Translations under genes and position numbers: made by a program
Shown: positions 33,460-36,504 of the stretch, one piece after another
How the letters are laid out: each line of letters opens with the position of its first letter
Position numbering within the stretch: the first letter of the stretch is position 1
Notes under the pieces: model-generated
The model's input: only the letters and a program-made list of their open reading frames with translations
Database searches by the model: none
What the model was told of the DNA's origin: nothing
NCBI GenBank assembly: GCA_028714275.1
Contig: JAQTMP010000002.1
Location: 1 to 36,504, forward strand
Reading direction: 5' to 3'
Source of the DNA: Minisyncoccota bacterium
GTDB lineage: Bacteria > Patescibacteriota > Minisyncoccia > Phycocordibacterales > CAINVO01
Length of the DNA stretch: 36,504 nt

Positions 33460-34123
33460 AGAGACCCTTCATCATTTGCGCCGCCCTTCGGCAGTCGTCT
33501 TTGATGGCTGCCGTATCACTTGGCATGTGAGCCTTGTGATCTGGTGTCATTTTGTAGAGATCGGCCGCATCTCCATCTCCAAGCTCGATTGGCTCATCGA
33601 GGCTTTGGGTTGTCATCGTCACTCTGAAGAGTTTGCTGATTTTAGAAACGGAAAGACCCGTCTCCTCGGCAATTTGTTCGAGGCTCGGCTTTTCTCCCAA
33701 TTGTTCTTGCAGACGAAAAGCAATAGCCTTGACCTTTCTGACCTGCTGGCCTACCCCTACAGGGATTCTGATGGTTTGTCCGGTATTGGCTTTCTGGCGG
33801 TAAACTTTTTGACGAATCCACCATACAGCATAAGTGCCGAAGTTTGCTCCCTTCGTGTGGTCGAAACGATCCACTGCCTCCATAATACCCAACATGCCAG
33901 CTTGAAAGGCATCATCGTAGTCTGGAGTGTTTGGTGGGACAGTTTTTGCCGCAAACCAATGCGCGAGTTTTTGATTGCGCATGATCATCTCTTCTCGAGC
34001 TTTGTCATCACCCGCGATGCGCCGGATGTTCAGTGCCGCCATTTCCTCTCGGTTCGGATATACCTTTGCCTTTTCTGCCTCCAATTCAAGGAGACGGACT
34101 TCCGCTTTTTCTTTGGGGTCCAT
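33233..34123 (-). CDS. sigma-70 family RNA polymerase sigma factor (regions 2, 3 and 4)
   Basis: Region 2 is DDAFQAGMLGIMEAVDRFDHTKGANFGTYAVWWIRQKVYR. Region 3 is IRIPVGVGQQVRKVKAI...PSLEQIAEETGLSVSKI. Region 4 is TLEETASEFGVTRERVR. An AAGGAG SD lies 7 nt upstream of the ATG. The C-terminal 22 aa after RERVR look non-native. Confidence 0.85.
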   Translation of the reverse strand: MDPKEKAEVRLLELEAEKAKVYPNREEMAALNIRRIAGDDKAREEMIMRNQKLAHWFAAKTVPPNTPDYDDAFQAGMLGIMEAVDRFDHTKGANFGTYAVWWIRQKVYRQKANTGQTIRIPVGVGQQVRKVKAIAFRLQEQLGEKPSLEQIAEETGLSVSKISKLFRVTMTTQSLDEPIELGDGDAADLYKMTPDHKAHMPSDTAAIKDDCRRAAQMMKGLYEYVCDLYGDVASSSSSRIFFTKNGLFGYGPSRTLEETASEFGVTRERVRKKQLHRKYLGTSLHPCPPIRNQQVT

Positions 34124-34239
34124 ATGACTTCTCCTTGTTTAAGGTTTCGTTTAAAAAACAATACGCCATAGGCGTGTCTGGGTTAAATCTACCATCAGAC
34201 TGACTTTTGTCAAAAGATTTGATTCTGACCGCGTTGTCA

Positions 34240-34267
34240 TTGACACCTTGCCTTTTCTGTGTAAAAT
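34240..34267 (+). promoter_or_regulatory. sigma-70-like promoter for the 143-aa ORF
   Basis: TTGACA (34240-34245), a 16-nt spacer, and TAAAAT (34262-34267). GAAGGA plus ATG lies about 35 nt downstream. Confidence 0.4.
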
Positions 34268-34301
34268 ACTTTACAGACTCGGTAAAAAAGAAGGATTAAA
34301 A

Positions 34302-34733
34302 ATGATAATAAAAGCAGCCATCATCGGCGCCTCGCCAGCGATTCAGGAAGCTTTGAGTGGGGAAAAATTTGCCGCTAGGGTCCTCTCGGCCGTGGTCGGG
34401 CAAGCTCTTGGCGTTGAAAACGTACTCGATCGTCCAGCCGAGTACTACGTCCAGCACGCAGACACCGCTCCCTCACCAAAACACGGATCGTGGGGTGTCG
34501 AAGTCCGTTTGAGTGGAGCATCCCGCCAAGGACGGACCGCCAAACAATTTCACACGGCCCTCGAGGTGCTGCACACCATTGTGAAAGACGTCGTGTCCAA
34601 AGCCATGTATGGTACTCAACGGTGTCAGGTTTTCTGTGTGATCATGATTGATGGCGACGTCGAAACAGCGCCAGGATCCGGGATCTACAGCAACAACCTG
34701 GAAAGCCGGGCCGAATGGGTTGAACCGCAATAA
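34302..34733 (+). CDS. hypothetical protein (143 aa)
   Basis: The ATG at 34302 follows GAAGGA. The track start (TTG at 34248) lies inside the putative promoter. I recognise no motif. Confidence 0.55.
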   Translation: MIIKAAIIGASPAIQEALSGEKFAARVLSAVVGQALGVENVLDRPAEYYVQHADTAPSPKHGSWGVEVRLSGASRQGRTAKQFHTALEVLHTIVKDVVSKAMYGTQRCQVFCVIMIDGDVETAPGSGIYSNNLESRAEWVEPQ

Positions 34734-34744
34734 AATCCAAAATC

Positions 34745-34788
34745 AAGGCGGCACTTCCAGCAAGGAGTGCCGCCTTTTAAATTTTCTT
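34745..34788 (+). terminator. intrinsic terminator
   Basis: AAGGCGGCACT (34745-34755) pairs with AGTGCCGCCTT (34766-34776) and is followed by TTAAATTTTCTT. Confidence 0.8.
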
Positions 34789-34821
34789 GTCATTTGGAAT
34801 GTACAAGGCTATTATAACAAC

Positions 34822-35256
34822 ATGATTTCTAAAACTGAATTCGAAAATTTTAAGAAAAAATTTGACGTGGTGAGTGTTTTTATTGAGAACAATGAAGAAA
34901 TATTGCTATTGCACCGTCAAGATCACAAACCTCAAGGTAATATCTGGGCTTTAGTGGCAGGCAAGGTAGACAATGATGAAGAGCTCGCCGACGCACTAGT
35001 GCGAGAAATACAAGAAGAAATTGGCTTAAAATTTACACCGGAAGAATGTCAGTATTTTGAAAAATATTATGTTCGATACCCCGAGTACGATTTTATTTAT
35101 CACACATTCCACCTTCCTTTAAAAGAAAGACCTACGCTAAATCTAAATTTGGAAGAGCACAAAGATCATAGATGGCTAAAACCTGAAGAAGCCCTAAAGC
35201 TTGATTTGATACCAGATGAGGATGTGTGTATTAAGGGGTTTTATAATATTGTTTAG
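34822..35256 (+). CDS. Nudix hydrolase
   Basis: Nudix box GKVDNDEELADALVREIQEEIGL (GX5EX7REUXEEXGU). The ATG at 34822 is preferred because the longer track ORF reads through the preceding terminator. Composition is AT-rich, like the backbone. Confidence 0.85.
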   Translation: MISKTEFENFKKKFDVVSVFIENNEEILLLHRQDHKPQGNIWALVAGKVDNDEELADALVREIQEEIGLKFTPEECQYFEKYYVRYPEYDFIYHTFHLPLKERPTLNLNLEEHKDHRWLKPEEALKLDLIPDEDVCIKGFYNIV

Positions 35257-35290
35257 CTTGGCGTTCCATTTTTTTGGATTTTTGCAAAGT

Positions 35291-35335
35291 AAAAAGCTCC
35301 TCACGGTTTTCCGCGAGGAGCTTTGATTTTAATTT
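35291..35335. terminator. bidirectional intrinsic terminator
   Basis: AAAGCTCCTC (35293-35302) pairs with GAGGAGCTTT (35315-35324), flanked by an A-run and TGATTTTAATTTTT. Confidence 0.75.
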
Positions 35336-36475
35336 TTACTTCGAGTATGGTCGGCAGACCTTCATCTTGGCCACCCAGAAACCGACGCGGAAGACCTGAG
35401 GCAATCTTCCTCCATATGGCTTCGGCAAATGAGCCAAATCCACGGATTCGGGAGCCTTGGAGACTACCAGGTTCCCATTAAGCCAGCGGCTGTAGGCGCT
35501 TTGCTTTGGTGGTTTTGGCACCTTGGCGAGCACTTTTTCCGGAGTCGGAGGCTTTGTCGCGGCGTAGGCATGCAGTTTATCCGTCAACCGCTTTGCACGC
35601 CACTTTGTCCACCACTGTCCAATTGGCCGGAGCACGAATTTATCCAACGGCGGAGCGATGAACCTGACAAAAAATACTGACGTCAGGAAGATTAGGGTAA
35701 GCACCATAAACAATGCTAAAAACACCGCCCTTATATCAGGGATTGCTTTTGTCAGAAATGGCCACAATGCCACCAGAATTTGCCAGGACAGACAGGCTCC
35801 AACGACCTCAACCGGTGTGACCGGCATGAAGACTTTTTCTCCATTTTTGTTACGCCCCCAATACCGGTATTTTCTGTCCCAATCGTTGGAAGGGTAGTAG
35901 AAAACATCGGGTGAATATTCTACCATTGACCCAGGATCATGATCCCATAGATATTTAATCTCCGAGAAGAACGACCCTGGGCGGAAACCGCAGAAAAACA
36001 CGGCAGCCCGACGTCCCAGCAGAAAAACTGTCAGGATTATCGAGACACAGATTTTGAGAAAGTGTCCGATCAGGAAGAGTGGCGGCTGGACGGTAAAAGC
36101 CCAGATGCAACGCGCCCTGAAAGCACACTGATCACGCGGTGGCGCTTCATGCCACCGATTGACCCAGCCCCAGATGGCTTCGCCGAGCACCCCTTTGGGT
36201 TTCTTGGCAAAAAGCTCAGCCGGAATGGTGAATTCTCGGACGGTCGCCGCGACCACTTCTAGATCACATGAACGATACAGGCACCGAAATTTTCCAGTGC
36301 CAATCTCTTCATAAATGTCTTCCACAGACATACCAGAGCAGTAGCGTCTATTCGAATTTGTTTCCAGGAATTTTTTAATGTTGAGCGCCACGTCGGCTGT
36401 TTTCCTCACTGCCAACACTATCAGACGATGAAGTCCCGGCCGATTGAAGGCCAGAAAATCAACGGTTTTGCCCAC
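35336..36475 (-). CDS. hypothetical polytopic membrane protein; the 5' end may lie beyond the window
   Basis: ORF of at least 379 aa with about four hydrophobic segments (for example LFLIGHFLKICVSIILTVFLLG and VFLALFMVLTLIFLTSVFFV) and a Lys/Pro-rich tail. The frame stays open upstream of the GTG at 36475 through to position 36504. Confidence 0.55.
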   Translation of the reverse strand: MGKTVDFLAFNRPGLHRLIVLAVRKTADVALNIKKFLETNSNRRYCSGMSVEDIYEEIGTGKFRCLYRSCDLEVVAATVREFTIPAELFAKKPKGVLGEAIWGWVNRWHEAPPRDQCAFRARCIWAFTVQPPLFLIGHFLKICVSIILTVFLLGRRAAVFFCGFRPGSFFSEIKYLWDHDPGSMVEYSPDVFYYPSNDWDRKYRYWGRNKNGEKVFMPVTPVEVVGACLSWQILVALWPFLTKAIPDIRAVFLALFMVLTLIFLTSVFFVRFIAPPLDKFVLRPIGQWWTKWRAKRLTDKLHAYAATKPPTPEKVLAKVPKPPKQSAYSRWLNGNLVVSKAPESVDLAHLPKPYGGRLPQVFRVGFWVAKMKVCRPYSK

Positions 36476-36504
36476 CTTGCAGAAATACCGGCGACCGGAA
36501 GTTT

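Noticed and set aside
32927-34171. Plus-strand ORFs (162 and 231 aa) opposite the sigma factor and its overlapping ORF
   Set aside because: They are antisense shadow ORFs, and the sigma regions 2-4 are unambiguous on the minus strand.
34648-34821. N-terminal 58 codons of the track ORF for the Nudix hydrolase
   Set aside because: It reads through the end of the preceding gene and its strong terminator (34745-34788). The Nudix fold begins after the ATG at 34822.
1-36504. CRISPR arrays, rRNA genes, IS elements, integrases or prophage structural genes
   Set aside because: I found no regularly spaced direct repeats, rRNA-like sequence, or transposase, integrase, capsid or terminase-like ORFs. 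The only repeated non-coding sequences are the three palindromic elements.

Overview
This is an AT-rich, tightly packed bacterial chromosome segment. Gene content and style suggest a Candidate Phyla Radiation / Patescibacteria-type genome: ftsZ-ftsA-ybeY-rpsU block, many SD-less starts, tandem TrbC/VirB2-like mini-proteins and small two-TM proteins. That placement is inference only. The housekeeping backbone holds tRNA-Ser, tRNA-Glu, a GrpB-family gene, trxB, ftsZ, ftsA, ybeY, rpsU, a HisRS-like gene, lepB, pth, rpsA, an MBL-fold hydrolase, gyrA, a SAM methyltransferase, a solute-binding protein, dus, dnaX, tRNA-Gln, a marR-HlyD-HlyD-MFS efflux operon, a repeat-domain wall-binding protein and a Nudix hydrolase. 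Interleaved are patches that look GC-richer by eye (not computed): about 1140-1700, 8580-9230, 10505-12930, 20808-22780, 31289-34740 and 35336 to the window end. Most are bounded by strong hairpin terminators, several of their genes have canonical AGGAGG/AAGGAG Shine-Dalgarno sites that the backbone genes sampled lack, and they hold almost all of the unassignable proteins. Five things merit a second look. (1) A structured palindromic element of about 115-157 nt occurs in three copies (9114-9228, 16485-16641, 16665-16781), with conserved unpaired blocks and helices that change on both arms. (2) A divergent two-gene island pairs an EndoIII-like HhH-GPD/[4Fe-4S] glycosylase homolog, whose Fe-S cluster loop is split by a 75-aa basic insertion, with a putative PD-(D/E)xK (D...QxK) nuclease. 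(3) Five T4SS-pilin-like paralogs lie in tandem with no secretion machinery in the window. (4) A terminal island encodes a ParB-like protein with a long N-terminal extension, a sigma-70 factor whose region 4.2 is interrupted at an A6 run by an overlapping ORF, and several orphan proteins. (5) An SPFH-like membrane gene pair sits next to an orphan receiver domain. No CRISPR array, rRNA, integrase or transposase was recognised.
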